Positions 42,113-54,637 of a stretch of 64,000 bases of DNA are shown here, piece after piece (the stretch's first letter is position 1; each line of letters opens with the position of its first letter). The stretch covers positions 9,548,001 through 9,612,000 of the forward strand of contig OU015568.1 in assembly GCA_907165135.1 (NCBI GenBank). The letters run 5' to 3'. Under the pieces are notes generated by a model. It was not told where the DNA came from. It searched no databases and saw nothing but the letters and a program-made list of their open reading frames with translations. This DNA comes from Oikopleura dioica. Lineage: Eukaryota; Animalia; Chordata. The position numbers and the translations under genes are program-made.

Positions 42113-43383
42113 CGCTACTTACAGTCTGAATTAAATGAACTGTTAGAATTCAATTCTTGGTGTCGTTAACAAATATTGAACAATAGTTATTACTAAAGAA
42201 TATTTTACTTATTGAGATAGTTAACTTCATGATAAAAGTGCTTTGATGATTCTGAGATCTTATTCGCTGAAAGTTATATTCGAGCATTTTTACTAGCAGA
42301 AAAATATCAAAAACAAACCTTTATTATTAATTTTCTAAACTTGGTTAAATTTTTTCTCTCAACTTATTTCTCTTTTCCTCCAAAAAGAGTCCTACAGGGC
42401 GAATTCACAGTTCTAGCCCGGCGAGCTTTGATATTTTCGAATTGAAAGGTCTGCTCCATATTTAACTTTTTCTCTTCCACTGAAATTCGAAATTCCGCTG
42501 TTTGAAAAAAGTACCAGAATAAATATTGAGCCAGTCCTAAAATTAATGCCACGATAGCAATTTTCAAAGTTCTCTGTGCTCCGCTTTTTCAAATAAGAAG
42601 CGGCCGGGACCGCAGAAATTCAATTTTAGATGAACGGGCCGTCACTACTTGCTGAATTCGCGCGGCATGAAGTGATTCAGCGAAATTCAAGCGCACAATA
42701 TTTGCGATGCCGCCAGTCATCCACGGGGATTTATTACCAACCAGGACTAGTGATTCATGACGTACCCTTCCCAAAGGGGAAACAATCGATCAAACATAAA
42801 TTTCAGATGGACAATCGTAAATAAACATTTTGATTATTTACACAAATTCAACAAAAATAAACAACAATATTTCAATAATCAACTCCAACGGATTAGCTTA
42901 AATCATCAACGTCAATTCTTATTGGACGCTAGGATTTTTTCCTACTCCTTATTGTCTCTAGAGCCGAAGTTTTGGTGAACGAAAGTTGTCTATCATCATT
43001 TCTGTACAAAATAATGCTCTCTAGTGATGTCTCTCGAACTGTATTTTCGTTAGTAATTGTCAAGAGCGCATTGTAGGAGCGTTGATCTGCCGAATCTCTC
43101 TTCAAACACAACGTCAAAAAATCCACTCATTCAGCAGCAGCGTTATTTGAAGATTGACGAGGCCAATTTTCGAGCAATTGCCAATTGAGCCCGTTTTATT
43201 ACGGCCGAGCGCCCTCTCGCATTTTATCAAAAATAAAAAAATTGACTAGTAAAAAGTCAACTTGAAAGTTGATTGAAGACAAATATGAATATTGGTATAA
43301 AACTCGTGAAAACGAGCCGCTCTGAAACTCAAATATTTGAAGTAATAAAAAGATGTTTTTACAAGGAGCACCTGGGCGGACCA

Positions 43384-44305
43384 CAGGGTGCTCGATTCGT
43401 CTCGTCAAATTCGTCCGATCCGAGGACGAGACGAAACGAGAAAATTCGTCGTCAATTCGTCGTCCCGGTACCCGAAAAATCCTCGTCCAAACTCGTCCTG
43501 ACGAATTTTTTTTCATTTTCGTCCGACGAAAATTTCTCGTCCGCTCGTCTCACCGAAAATTTTTTCCGCCCTGGTTATTTTTCGTCAGCTCGTCCAACCG
43601 AGATTTCTGTATTAAACTGAGTAAAATGGGGCCCCTGAATCGCAAAAATTACATTACAATAACTTTCGTTTCCGTTAATATATTGTTAAAATTTAACCTG
43701 CATGCTTCACTCATCTTGATTAGTGAAACATCCTCAATTTTCGCTTTGAAAAAATCGAATTTCTGATAAAACGCGTTCTTCTTCAATAAATTAACATATT
43801 TTTTGGTTTTGGGTTCGCCGAAATTTCCGGGCAAAAGTCGGCGCCCGGGCAAAAAGTCGGGCGGCCATCGGGCGGCGCCGACAAAAAAAAATTAATCGGG
43901 CGGCCAAATTCAATATTTTTGCCCGAACGTTCCACCCTGGGGAGTATAGAGCTGAAAATAACATTATCTTGAACTATCAGATTGACTGACCACCCGACTA
44001 ATTTCATTTTTCAAATAGCTGGTCAGAGTATTGTATCCAAACGAGACAAACCGACAGCCCGACCTGGTCGGAATGGTCAGTGCCGACCCTTGGTTGGATA
44101 ATAGCTTAAAGCTGGACAAGTTTTTTTTTCGGTTTTCGGCAGGACGAACTAGACGAGTTTTTTTCGGTTTTCGGTTCGACGAGCTTGACGAGTTTTTTTT
44201 TCGTCCTCGTTTTCGTCCGTTTTTCGTCCGTCCGGGGAGGATTTTTCGTCCTCGTCCGTCATTCGTCCGGGAAAATTAAAAATTTTGGACGAATCGAGCA
44301 CCCTG
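43384..44305. mobile_element. Non-autonomous TIR element (922 bp) with many TCGTC/GACGA subterminal motifs and a 7-bp TSD
   Basis: TIR is CAGGGTGCTCGATTCGTC / GACGAATCGAGCACCCTG. CGGACCA lies at 43377-83 and 44306-12. Confidence 0.85.
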
Positions 44306-44440
44306 CGGACCAGATCTGGCGTAAACAAAACAAAAGGGGCTTTATTATTCGTAAATTACGAATCATTCACCCGAAAGAAGAAACATATCCAAAAAGCAAA
44401 ATGGACGAATTCGACCCTGCTAATTTAAATTTCTAATTAA

Positions 44441-44686
44441 CGCCGGAACGCATATCGACCCATTTTTGGGTAAGGCGCTGAAATATCGCTTCAGAAATCT
44501 TCATTTTCTAGTGTTCAAACAACACATGAGAGACATGGTATGTATCGATTCTTGTAGTTTATAGTCTGAAGATCATATTTATGATAAAATTTGGGTTGGT
44601 GTGTGGCAAAAAACCGGTCTACGGGCTCTCACCCAAAAATCGGTCGATATGCGTTCCGGGGAAAATCTATTTCATGCGTTCCAGCG
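44441..44686. mobile_element. Small MITE flanked by TTAA
   Basis: TTAA|CGCCGGAACGCAT ... ATGCGTTCCAGCG|TTAA. A second, longer inverted copy of the left end lies at about 44630-44659. Confidence 0.7.
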
Positions 44687-45027
44687 TTAATAAAAATTAC
44701 AATAAATGATTGTTTTTATTTGTGACGTATTGGTCCACTGACTGAAAATAATTCTCAACAATATTTTTTAATTATTTCATTTTGATAATTTATTAAACAA
44801 AATAATAGAATGAATTCAGAATAAGTGATAAATCATTTCTTCGAAATTTCTCTTCGCACTAAAAATTTCTTTTGGATCTAGACAGGTTCTTGATATCATT
44901 TTATAAAAATCCTCATTTTCAGTCTTTTTTTTAGTATTCTTTGACCCAGGGGCACTTTCCAAGCAGCGCGGCCAATCAGCGCCGCGGAAAATTGGAAGAA
45001 TACTAAAATCCAGTCGAAACCGAAAGA

Positions 45028-45649
45028 ATGAACCAAATTGTAAGAAATGAAACGAGATGTTATGTTTTGGTAACGGTGAATTGTAGAGAAGGACTTTGAG
45101 CAGGAGTTTGTGCTCGAGAATCGCGGGAAGAAAGAATTTCGGAGTTTTGTCAACAAATTGGAATTTCGGACCGAAAAGAGATTTTTGGAGGAATGCGAGT
45201 GTCAAAATTGAGCCGAGGTAAAAATTGTTCGAGGATTTTTTTTGACTCAAAAAAGTGATTTCTCGACCGCGAAAATCTCCGACTTTGTGTAAACCTCTTG
45301 TAGATACAACCTTGTTTTCACCTGTACCGCGAAAATCGAAGGGGAAAACGGAGAAATTCGTGAGTGTGGCCACCGAAGCAACCATGAAATCTCCAAAAAA
45401 GCGTATCACGAAACAGTAGTTATTGTCAGATGCCCAGAATGCAAGAATAATCATATAATCGCCGATAATCTCGGCTGGTTCAGGTACTTTTCCTGCAACT
45501 CTTTCACATCATAAAACCACTTTTCTAGCGATTTGGAAGGAGCAACGAACATCGAAGAAATTTTGGAAAAGAAAGGAGAAGAAGTGATAAAGCTGCAAAT
45601 CGGCGATGAAATTTTATCAACTGAAGATGTGAAAAAACTCATAAGCTGA
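45028..45649 (+). CDS. DNLZ: DNL-type zinc finger, mitochondrial Hsp70 escort protein (Hep1/Zim17)
   Basis: Spliced product includes YNLVFTC...[52 protein letters not shown], with an Arg-rich leader. Confidence 0.92.
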
Positions 45650-45690
45650 TTAGTCTGATTCTTGAGAACTCATCTCTTCATCTTTTCAGA

Positions 45691-46592
45691 ATGAGCAACA
45701 AAAACAAAGACATCCGAAGCTTTTTCAAAAAGAAAACGTCTCCACCCGAGGGCTCCCAAGAACCGGCTTCTGCAGCCCCGAAACCAAAGAAAAAAGTCTT
45801 GAAACAGGCGACGATTGAGAGTTTAGGGCGGGTGGTGGTTTTGAAGGAGATTGACAGATGCAAGAAAATTCTCGAAGACGAAACTTCTGATGTGGAGAGG
45901 ATTAAAGAAGCGATAGTTACGCTCGGAGCGAAAAATCCTTCAAGATTAGGGCTTCGAATGCTATTATTAGTAATCAAATAAGAAAATTCCGTTTTACAAG
46001 TTTGAGCCTTGCTAGAGAAATCATCAGAAAAACCGGTCTTGGCCATATTCTCAACGACTTCAGAAACCACCCCGATTCGGATGTTGCGGAAAAGGCCACA
46101 TTCGTTTACAAAAAGTGGAAGAACTTTTTGAAAGAGCGCGAAAGCAAACCCCTGATGAGAGTAAAAGGAGATCGGGCGACGGAAAAATACAGAAGCAGCG
46201 GCATCGACATCGTTTTCAATATTTTCAACGAATTGACCAAAGAATCCGATGAAGAAGAAATGCAGGAGCAAGAGGAAATTGAAGCAATGAAAGAGTTTAG
46301 AAGAGATTTGGCGGATAAAATTGAAGCAGCAGGTAAATACCCGTTTTTGATTTGCTGCTGGGAAAAATAATTATTTCTGATTGGTTAAAAAATTTTAGTG
46401 TATCGAAAAAATAAAAGTCTGGTTAATAAAAAATACCGCCGCCAGATGCGTAAACTCGCTGTGAAATTAAAAAATGAGCCCGACTACGCTGTCAAAATTC
46501 TCTCCGAAGAAATCTCTCCAGAAGATGTCGCCCAAGACTGCGTCGACATAGAAAACGGTGCAGGCAAAAGACAGGCACTTATTGAAATTTAA
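45691..46592 (+). CDS. TCEANC2: TFIIS N-terminal domain protein
   Basis: QATIESLGRVVVLKEI, KNPSREIIRKTGLGHILNDFRNHPDSDVAEKATFVYKKWK. Confidence 0.85.
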
Positions 46593-46699
46593 GTCTGCAT
46601 TCAAACATTTTCTGTACCTTCATTTTCAGAAACTTCATTTACAATTCTTTCAACAGCCAATTTTCATAGATCGTCAAAGCTTATTCTGCGACATTCAGA

Positions 46700-49495
46700 A
46701 TGCTAGACTTTCCACCTCGGAATGCGAACGTCAGCGAAATGAACGAGACTTTGAAAAGTTTCCGTAACTTTCTGGGCAAACCTGGAGAACTGAGTTTTGA
46801 CCGCGCGATCTTTGTTAAATTCCTCAACCACCTTATGGACAATGAGCTGTCGATGGGCCTGATTGGACAGGTTTGGCACTACACTTTGAGAGACGAGAAT
46901 GTTCGGCGAAAATGCAAATTTACCGATCACACGAGAGAGCATTTACGAAAAGTCGCGCAAAGATGCTTGAGAAAGAGGGACAAAAACAGCAAGAAGATGC
47001 TGTTTATGCTGAAGGAAAAGACTTCTTGCGAGGCATTTGGAAAAGAGTTCATGGTGATAAATGTCAAAGCGTACATTCGGGAGGCCAATGCGAAGGAGAA
47101 TATGGAGGAGCTTTGCGAATATGTGAAAGGAATTGGTGAAAAAAAAACTTGTTTTCGGCAGCTTTTCGAACATTTTTTGACCATCGCAAAGACCTGAAAA
47201 CCGCAGTCTATGTAGAAACTCTTGAGCAATTTATCGATTCGCCAGCGACTCACCTTTTTCTTCAATCTGCTCGAACGCCAAAGCTGGAAACGCTGCTAGA
47301 AAAGTTTGAGAAGATTTCACTCGACTTTCTCGACAGCGACAAAAATGTCTTTCGAGCGATTGCACATTTGGTGGCGAAAGAATTGTCCATCGGCGAGAAA
47401 AAGGAGTCTGCATTTGAGCTTGTCCAGAAGTACTTCATTGCGACAGATCGAAAATCAACACTCTATCTTCTCACGCTCGCTCTAAGAATCGCACTGAACG
47501 AAAACAGCATCGTCAAGCTTCTTCTATCCGCGAACAAAGTCGTTTCCTCGGACACAAGAAAAGCGAACATGGCTCCATTCTGCATCGTGCTAGAAAACGT
47601 CCTCTCCAAAGAAGCCTTGGAATTCATCATTGAAAAAGCAGAGGGCCGATTTTGGCGAAAACATTTCAAGTCTTCCGACAATTCTGACTTTCAAGGATTC
47701 ATTTCCATGGCCAGTTCTCTTACCGTAAGTCTTCTTTTTTCGCCTCCATAGACTATGGACCATAGTTAGGGGGTCCACCGTGGGAAAATCGATTTTTTTA
47801 TCATCCTCGTATGGGGATGATTGACCCATATATATGACCCCCCCCTTCCCTGGCTTTTTATTAAAATTGGGCTTGACGGCCCGAAGGGCCGTCTCCCCCC
47901 CTTCCCTGGCTTTTTATTAAAATTGGGCTTGACGGCCCGAAGGGCCGTCTCCCCCCCTTCCCTGGCTTTTTATTAAAATTGGGCTTGACGGCCCGAAGGG
48001 CCGTCTCCCCCCCTTCCCTGGCTTTTTATTAAAATTGGGCTTGACGGCCCGAAGGGCCGTCTCCCCCCCTTCCCTGGCTTTTTATTAAAATTGGGCTTGA
48101 CGGCCCGAAGGGCCGTCTCCCCTTCCCTGGCTTTTATTAAAATTGGGCTTGACGGCCCGAAGGGCCGTCTCCCCCCCTTCCCTGGCTTTTTATTAAAATT
48201 GGGCTTGACGGCCCGAAGGGCCCGTCCCCCCCCTCCCCTGGCTTTTTATTAAAATTGGGCTTGCCGGCCCGAAGGGCCGTCTCCCCCCCTTCCCTGGCTT
48301 TTTATTAAAATTGGGCTTGACGGCCCGAAGGGCCGTCTCCCCCCTTCCCTGGCTTTTTATTAAAATTGGGCTTGACGGCCCGAAGGGCCGTCTCCCCCCC
48401 TTCCCTGGCTTTTTATTAAAATTGGGCTTGACAATGGCAGTGAATTCTTACCTTTCAAGTTTCGAAGTTGACTGAGTTGTCAGTTCCCCAACCCCGCCCT
48501 CACCCATTTTCTATTTAATTCGTATTGTTTTTTCTCGAACAATAATTATGGTTCCTTTTTATTTCTATTTTGTGTTTTTTTGACGAATTAAAAGTCAAAA
48601 TATCGGATGAAAAAAAAGTGTCATCGTCAGGAATCGAACATCTCGATTTTCAAAATTTAGCGATTTTAGAGAAAGAATTGGCTCTAGAATTTTTTGCCCC
48701 GGAGTGCCCCATCTGATTAACACACCAAAATGTAGCATTTTTTCTGTAGATTAAAATGATAAGGGTTTCCGCTTGGAGTCTTCTGGAGGATTTTTTTAAA
48801 ATACAAATTAGTGTTATCTCGAGCCTTCATTTGTTATTTTAGGGATGAAAAAGGGATTTTCGGATTTGGTCATAATGAAAAAGAATGATCCTCAGTATCG
48901 GTTGAATTCATTCCATCAATTTTTTTCAATGTTTTTAAAGGTTCAATTTTATCGAATTTTCCCACGGTGGACCCCCTAACCATAGTGGTCGTTGTTGATT
49001 TAAATTATGTTTTTTAGGTTTCGGAAGAGTTGAAATTCAGTGGTGACAGTGACGTCTTACTGAAAAATATCAAGAGATACAGTAACATGCACATTTGGCA
49101 TCGAGTATTTCTGATGACTGTAGCAAAATTGGATGTGGAAATCGCATCGCCTATTCGAAGAGTTGAAGACACAGAGCGTTTCCTCAGGTAGTTTTCCCTC
49201 TTTTGTTAACATCTCAATTTGTAAACTAAGAGACGCACAACGAGAATGGACACTGCCAATCCTTCCGAGCAGCACTCAAACTCTTCACTCTCAGCCTCTT
49301 CCAACAACAAGTTCGAATTTGAAGAAGCTCACTGACCGTCAACCCTCGCCTGCCCTTCCTCCATGCCATCTCTCTCGTCCATTCCGGCAAGCGATGTGTC
49401 AGATTGAAGGATACCTCAGGAACACTGCCCACAAAGAGAACAAAGAAGATATGCTCAGAAAACTCAAGGAGCTCATCGCAAAGTTCGAAGAGTAA
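46700..49495 (+). CDS. Unidentified helical protein, multi-exon, with a 1-nt frameshift at the A9 run (47139-47) and an intron carrying a hAT element; 5' start uncertain
   Basis: Long ORFs 46700-47197 and 47149-47724, a donor gtaagt at 47725, and later exons at about 49018-49495. Confidence 0.6.
47767..48978. mobile_element. hAT-like non-autonomous element (1212 bp) with an 8-bp TSD, intronic
   Basis: TIR is TAGGGGGTCCACCGTGGGAAAAT. ACCATAGT lies at 47759-66 and 48979-86. Confidence 0.88.
47838..48432. repeat. Minisatellite of about 55 bp, about 10.7 copies, with one hairpin per unit
   Basis: Unit is C(n)TTCCCTGGCTTTTTATTAAAATTGGGCTTGACGGCCCGAAGGGCCGTCT. Confidence 0.97.
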
Positions 49496-49611
49496 ACTCT
49501 TGTCTAACTGTATAGAATATTTTAATTTTACACTTCAATAAAACTCCACGCCAACAGAAAACGGACATTTACGAGTTATAATTTCAGAAACATCTCGAAT
49601 TCGGACTTCAA

Positions 49612-52567
49612 ATGTCTAAAAAACGCCGAAGTCATTCCATTATGCAAAATGTTTCTAGCACCTCGACGCCATCCAGGCCTCGTCGCTCCAAAAAGCAAAA
49701 GGTCGCCCCTTCTTCTCTTCAAAAAGAAGCATCTGAGGAACGTCTTCCCTCGCCTATTCCAAAGCCAGAAGAATTGATAGTAAAGGAGCTCAAGAGCGAT
49801 GACTTTGACGATGATTTCTTCGACGATGATGACTTTGACACTTCGATTTTTGAAACGACAATTGAGAAAGTGAGCACGCAGATAAATTCATCATCTTTTA
49901 TCGACCCATGGGTCACTCCTCCTTCATCACAAGAGCCAGAAGAAGTTAACAAGCGCGATTTTCCACTTCTTCCAGCTCAGATGGATCAGTTTATGAAGAT
50001 CAAAGGCTTGAAGAGTCTGTATAAATGGCAAGATGATTGTTTGAGGATAAAAAAAGTGATAAAGGGAGCGAATCTTATATTTTCTTTACCAACTTCTGCC
50101 GGTAAATCTTTGGTGGCAGAGGTGTATCTTTTGCGACATTTGTTGGAAGGAAAGAATGGACTGCTTGTTTTGCCCTTTGTTTCAATCGTTCAGGAATGGG
50201 TATAAAACGGTTCTTTTATTCAACGAAAATCCTTAAAAATCATTTCAACCCGGAAATAGGAAAAAGTTGCGATGCTGAGTGCTTTGGCAACTGAAACAGG
50301 CCAAAAGTTCGTTGTGGAAGAATACGCTGCTGGAAATGGACGAATCCCGCCGATCAAGCGGCGTCAAACGCCCGCTTTATTCATCGCAACGATCGAGAAA
50401 GCTTCACAAATCATCAACTGCGCGATCAACGGAGAGGGCCCATGGATATCCTGCTGCGTTGTTGACGAATTACATATGATTGGCGAGGGAATTCGGGGGC
50501 TCGACTAGAAGCTGCTCTTGCTAAAATTCTTTTTGCAACGAACCAAGGAAAGGGGAAATGTCAGTTGATTGGGATGTCGGCTACTTTGCCAAATTTGCAA
50601 GACATTGTCGACTTCACCCGGGCCGAATTATTCACTTCCGACTTTCGACCGATCCCACTTACGCAGTACTTGAAACTCTCTCATTTCGTCTATCGAGTGG
50701 AGGATGATGGAAAGCAGATAATGACCAAATTCGATCGTCAAATCAAGCCACATGACCAAAAACTCGACCCTGATGGACTTTTGCCACTCGTTCTTGAAGT
50801 TATACCAAAACATTCTGTTCTGATCTTTTGCTCATCCAGGAGGAATTGTCAGAGCGTGATGAAGCTTCTTTCTGGGCAGTTGAAAATGGAAATGGTCCCG
50901 GATGACTTGGCGGAAAAGCGGGAGAAGCTCATAAACGATCTTGTCGAAGAACTTGATACTGTTGGTGGCGTTGATCCAGATTTCATCAATTCCCTGCGGT
51001 TCGGAATCGCTTTTCATCACGCAGGCCTTAGTGGACCAGAGAGAACAACGATCGAGGAAGGCTTTCGTGATGGTACGTTATGTGTTCTATGTTGTACTTC
51101 AACACTGGCGGCGGGGGTGAACTTGCCTGCGAGAAGGGTGATAATCCGCGCGTTGACGCAAGGGAGATCGATGCTTCCGATTTCTACGTATCGGCAAATG
51201 GCGGGCCGTGCTGGTCGAGCTGGTTTTGATACCATAGGCGAAGCATTCATCATCGCGCCGCCGAAGGATCGAAAACGATGCCTGGAACTTGTCGGTGGAG
51301 TAATGAACCCAGCAGAAAGCAAACTGGACATCCTTGTGTACGAAGTGATTCTTTCCGTTTTGCAGCTTGGTCTTGCCTTGACACGAACAGAATTACTCGA
51401 TTTCTTCACCAAGTTCACCCTCGTCGGCCTCCAGCGAGGAGAAAATTCGGACTTTGCGACACTCATTGAAAAAACACTCGTTCATCTTCAAGAACTCCAA
51501 GTGATTGTCGCCCGCGATGCAGAAAAGGATGGAGTGGTTATCGAAGACGAAATTGATTATTTGGTGACGCCGATTGGCAGGGCCAGTGTGGGCTCTGGAA
51601 TTGAGCTAAAGTATTGTAGGAATATTTGGAAACGGTTGGACACGGCGATGATGAATTTGAACGTAAAGAATACGCTGCAGTTGATAAGCTTGACGATCTC
51701 AGATGATGTTCTAGAGCAGTACAAGTACATGAGAATAGATTGGGATAGATACTATGAGGAGATGGAAGAAGTGTTATCTTCGCACGAAAAGTCTGCTATG
51801 ACTCTTATTTGCGGTAATACAAGGACCCTTTAACTCGTGATTGAAGTCTTTCAGGATCAAAGGGAGCAGAAAAGAAGGATTTAACAAAACGGATCAACAC
51901 AACACGATTGATTCAAATGCAAGCGAATATCGGGAAGATGGACGAAGACGAAAAAGAGACTTATTTCATCGGATACTTAACGCTTATTCTCCGCTATATT
52001 GGAGAAGGAGAGCACCCTGCAAAAGTCGCCCAAAAATTTGGAATCGATCGCGGGGAGATACAGTCGCTTTTCACGGCTGTTGTTTCCGAGTGCGCCCGAA
52101 TGTCGACATATTGTGCCCATATTGGTGAGAGTTGAGATTTGGCGACATTCTCATCGTTGATTTCAGACAAGAAAATGCAATTCTTCTCAGCACTTTTCGA
52201 CAAACTAATTATTCAACTTTCGTATTCTTCAACGCCAGAATTAATTGATCTTCTTAATATTCCTGGAGTGAAAATAGGCCGGGCACGACAACTGTTTTCG
52301 GCGGGCTACTGTAGGGTCGTAGATGTCGCCCAAGCTTCGGAACAAGAAATGAAGAGCAAAATCGATAAAATTAACGCTAGGCAGACGAAGAGCTTGATTT
52401 CCGCGGCGAAGAATTTGTTACAGGAAACAGGCCGATCAATTCGATATTAGATATTTTTATGACAAAAGGATTTGATCTGAAAACGCAGAAACTAGACGAA
52501 GCTAGACGCCATCAAAGAGATGGAGATGAATCTTCTTGATCCTCAGATTGCCTTGAATCCGCCTTAG
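49612..52567 (+). CDS. HELQ: HELQ/Hel308 Ski2-like DNA helicase, with an apparent 1-nt frameshift at the G5 run (50495-99)
   Basis: LPTSAGKSLVAE, VVDELHMIGEG, IGMSATL, TSTLAAGVNLPARRVII, YRQMAGRAGRAG and a C-terminal HhH. Confidence 0.93.
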
Positions 52568-52652
52568 ATCCATTCCACCATCCTAATATACTGCCTCAAT
52601 TTTCAAACACTTCAACTCAGAACTTTTTATAAATATCTTCTGTCATTTTAGA

Positions 52653-53144
52653 ATGGAAGAGGCGTTCCACACATTCGGCTTCTATGTTCCGATTCTCGCC
52701 TTCAAAATTCTCATCATGTCTCCTCTGACTTCACGAGCTCGATACCGAGAAGGTTCTCTCCGATCGCCCGAAGACGCGAAATTCCGTCTTGGAACAACTG
52801 AAGCTGCCAAAGTCAAGCTTGCGCTAGAAGATAATCCAGAAGTGGAAAGAATCAGAAGAGCGCACAGAAATGACTTGGAAGCCGTTGTAAACTTTTTGCT
52901 CGCGATGGTCTTTTTCATCGTCAGTGGGGCGGAAGCCGGAACTGTTCGGAATACGATGTTGTTGTATACAGGCAAGTGGCCATTTTCCCATTTTTTATTC
53001 GAAATTCTAGTCGCTCGCTGCCTTCACACTGTTTTCTACATCAGAGCGACTCCTCAACCTTCCAGAGCACTATGTAACATGTTTTGCTCGCTCACTCATT
53101 ACGTTGTTTTGTTTATTTCACTGAAAAGATTCCTTTTCCACTAG
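52653..53144 (+). CDS. MGST1: MAPEG family microsomal glutathione S-transferase
   Basis: SPEDAK...PEVERIRRAHRNDLE, ARCLHTVFY, QPSRAL. Confidence 0.85.
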   Translation: MEEAFHTFGFYVPILAFKILIMSPLTSRARYREGSLRSPEDAKFRLGTTEAAKVKLALEDNPEVERIRRAHRNDLEAVVNFLLAMVFFIVSGAEAGTVRNTMLLYTGKWPFSHFLFEILVARCLHTVFYIRATPQPSRALCNMFCSLTHYVVLFISLKRFLFH

Positions 53145-53258
53145 TCCAATCATTGCTCAAAGAAGTGCAACCGATTATTTTCGAATGATTGCAAAATCAT
53201 AACCTTCTTCAAATATAATGATTTAAAAGTAATTCCTCACATGTTAATTTTCTATAGA

Positions 53259-54583
53259 ATGAGCGCTCCGATCGGCCCAAACCCGATGAAAAGGGGTAAT
53301 TGGACGATTGACTCAAACAGCTCGAGCATCATGGGCCAGGCTGATCTGGAAACATTAGAACAAGACATCGGTCTCATGTCAACGCCGGACATGGTCTACG
53401 ATAAAAACTTCCTTGAGTTTGCATATGGCGATAAGTTCAAGCTACTGTTTACTGTCAAAGAAGCACTGAAGACTGTTGAAAAGGATAAATGCCCCGATGT
53501 CGAGGTTGCTGCTGCTGCTAATTGGGTAAATTTGACATTTTAGACTTCAAAAAATGAAAATTCATGGCGCCATTTAGAAAGACATTCAAAAAGAACGACC
53601 TACGAAGCGAGTGTATGACTGGACGTACAAAACTCGCTATCTTGGAACCAGGGTGGCTATTTTGGATTTGGGGGTCAGTTGGAATTGGATTGGATCCAAT
53701 CCAATAAGGTTTGGATGGAATTTGGATGGCCAGGGTACCGGCTTTTGTTGGGCAAAATTGGGCAATTGGGGGAAATTGGGGAATTGGATCCAATAAAAAA
53801 TATCTCGCTAAACTATGCAAAGCAGGGTCATTTTCATGATAAAATTGAACAATTTCGGATAAAAAATCATTGTTTTGGCTATGTTGATCCTCTTTTCGGA
53901 TAAAAACTTACTGTTTCGCTTCTTTTCAAAGTACTAAAAGCCTTGGAAAAATTGGAAATCCAATTGGATCTAATTGGAATTGGGGATTTTTGGGTAATTG
54001 GGTAATAATTGGATTGGGTTGGATTTTGGATGGATAGTTACGACTCAAAATTTATTGGATGGAAATTGGATGGCCAGACCCCAAAATTTTGTCCAAAATA
54101 GCCACCCTGCTTGGAACACCAGAGGGCAACTTCAAACTCGAACCTGATCCAGCTGCAAAAATAGACACGGACATGCTCCAGAAAAGGGAGCCGATCGAGT
54201 ACTACCGCGACATTCGTCTTTTCGACGATGAACTGGATGACAATGGCATGGCAACGCTGCATGTAAAGACGAGAGTCATGCCTTCTTGTTTTCTAGTGCT
54301 GATGAGATATTACCTCAGAGTCGATAGAGGTGCAGTAAAATCATAAACTTCTCGATCTGTAATGGATTTTTTCGTAGTGAAAGTGAAACTAAATGACTGT
54401 CGAGTTTTCCACAAGTTCGGTTCGAATGAGATCATCCGGGAATACACAGAAAAATCCGGCGAATGGGGCTACCTAACAACTACCTGTCGAGTCCCAATGA
54501 ATCACCTGACAACTCCAGAAGCTGTTGATAAGTTTTTAGACCTTGAATACAAATATTCCGACAGGATTCTCTTAGAGCAATAA
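53259..54583 (+). CDS. TIPRL: TIP41-like PP2A regulator, with a coding exon interrupted by a MITE
   Basis: PDMVYDKNFL, YDWTYKTRYLGT, IEYYRDIRLFDDELDDNG, RVMPSCFLVLMRYYLRVD. Confidence 0.92.
53649..54109. mobile_element. hAT-like MITE (461 bp) with an 8-bp TSD inside a TIPRL exon
   Basis: TIR is CAGGGTGGCTATTTTGGA / TCCAAAATAGCCACCCTG. CTTGGAAC lies at 53641-48 and 54110-17. Repeated ATTGG/CCAAT subterminal motifs are present. Confidence 0.92.
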
Positions 54584-54637
54584 ACAACTTTCTTCTTCAC
54601 CCAGTTTCTTCCTTTTCTCTTAATATCTGCGAGCTTG

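Noticed and set aside
47838-48432. Regular repeat with a hairpin, superficially CRISPR-like
   Set aside because: There are no unique spacers and no cas genes, and the context is eukaryotic. It is a tandem minisatellite.
50495-50508. HELQ (and NCAPG) as pseudogenes
   Set aside because: Each has a single homopolymer indel in an otherwise intact conserved gene, so sequencing error is more likely.
28614-54109. Both exonic MITEs are exactly 461 bp
   Set aside because: They differ in TIR, TSD length and internal sequence, so I treat the match as coincidence.
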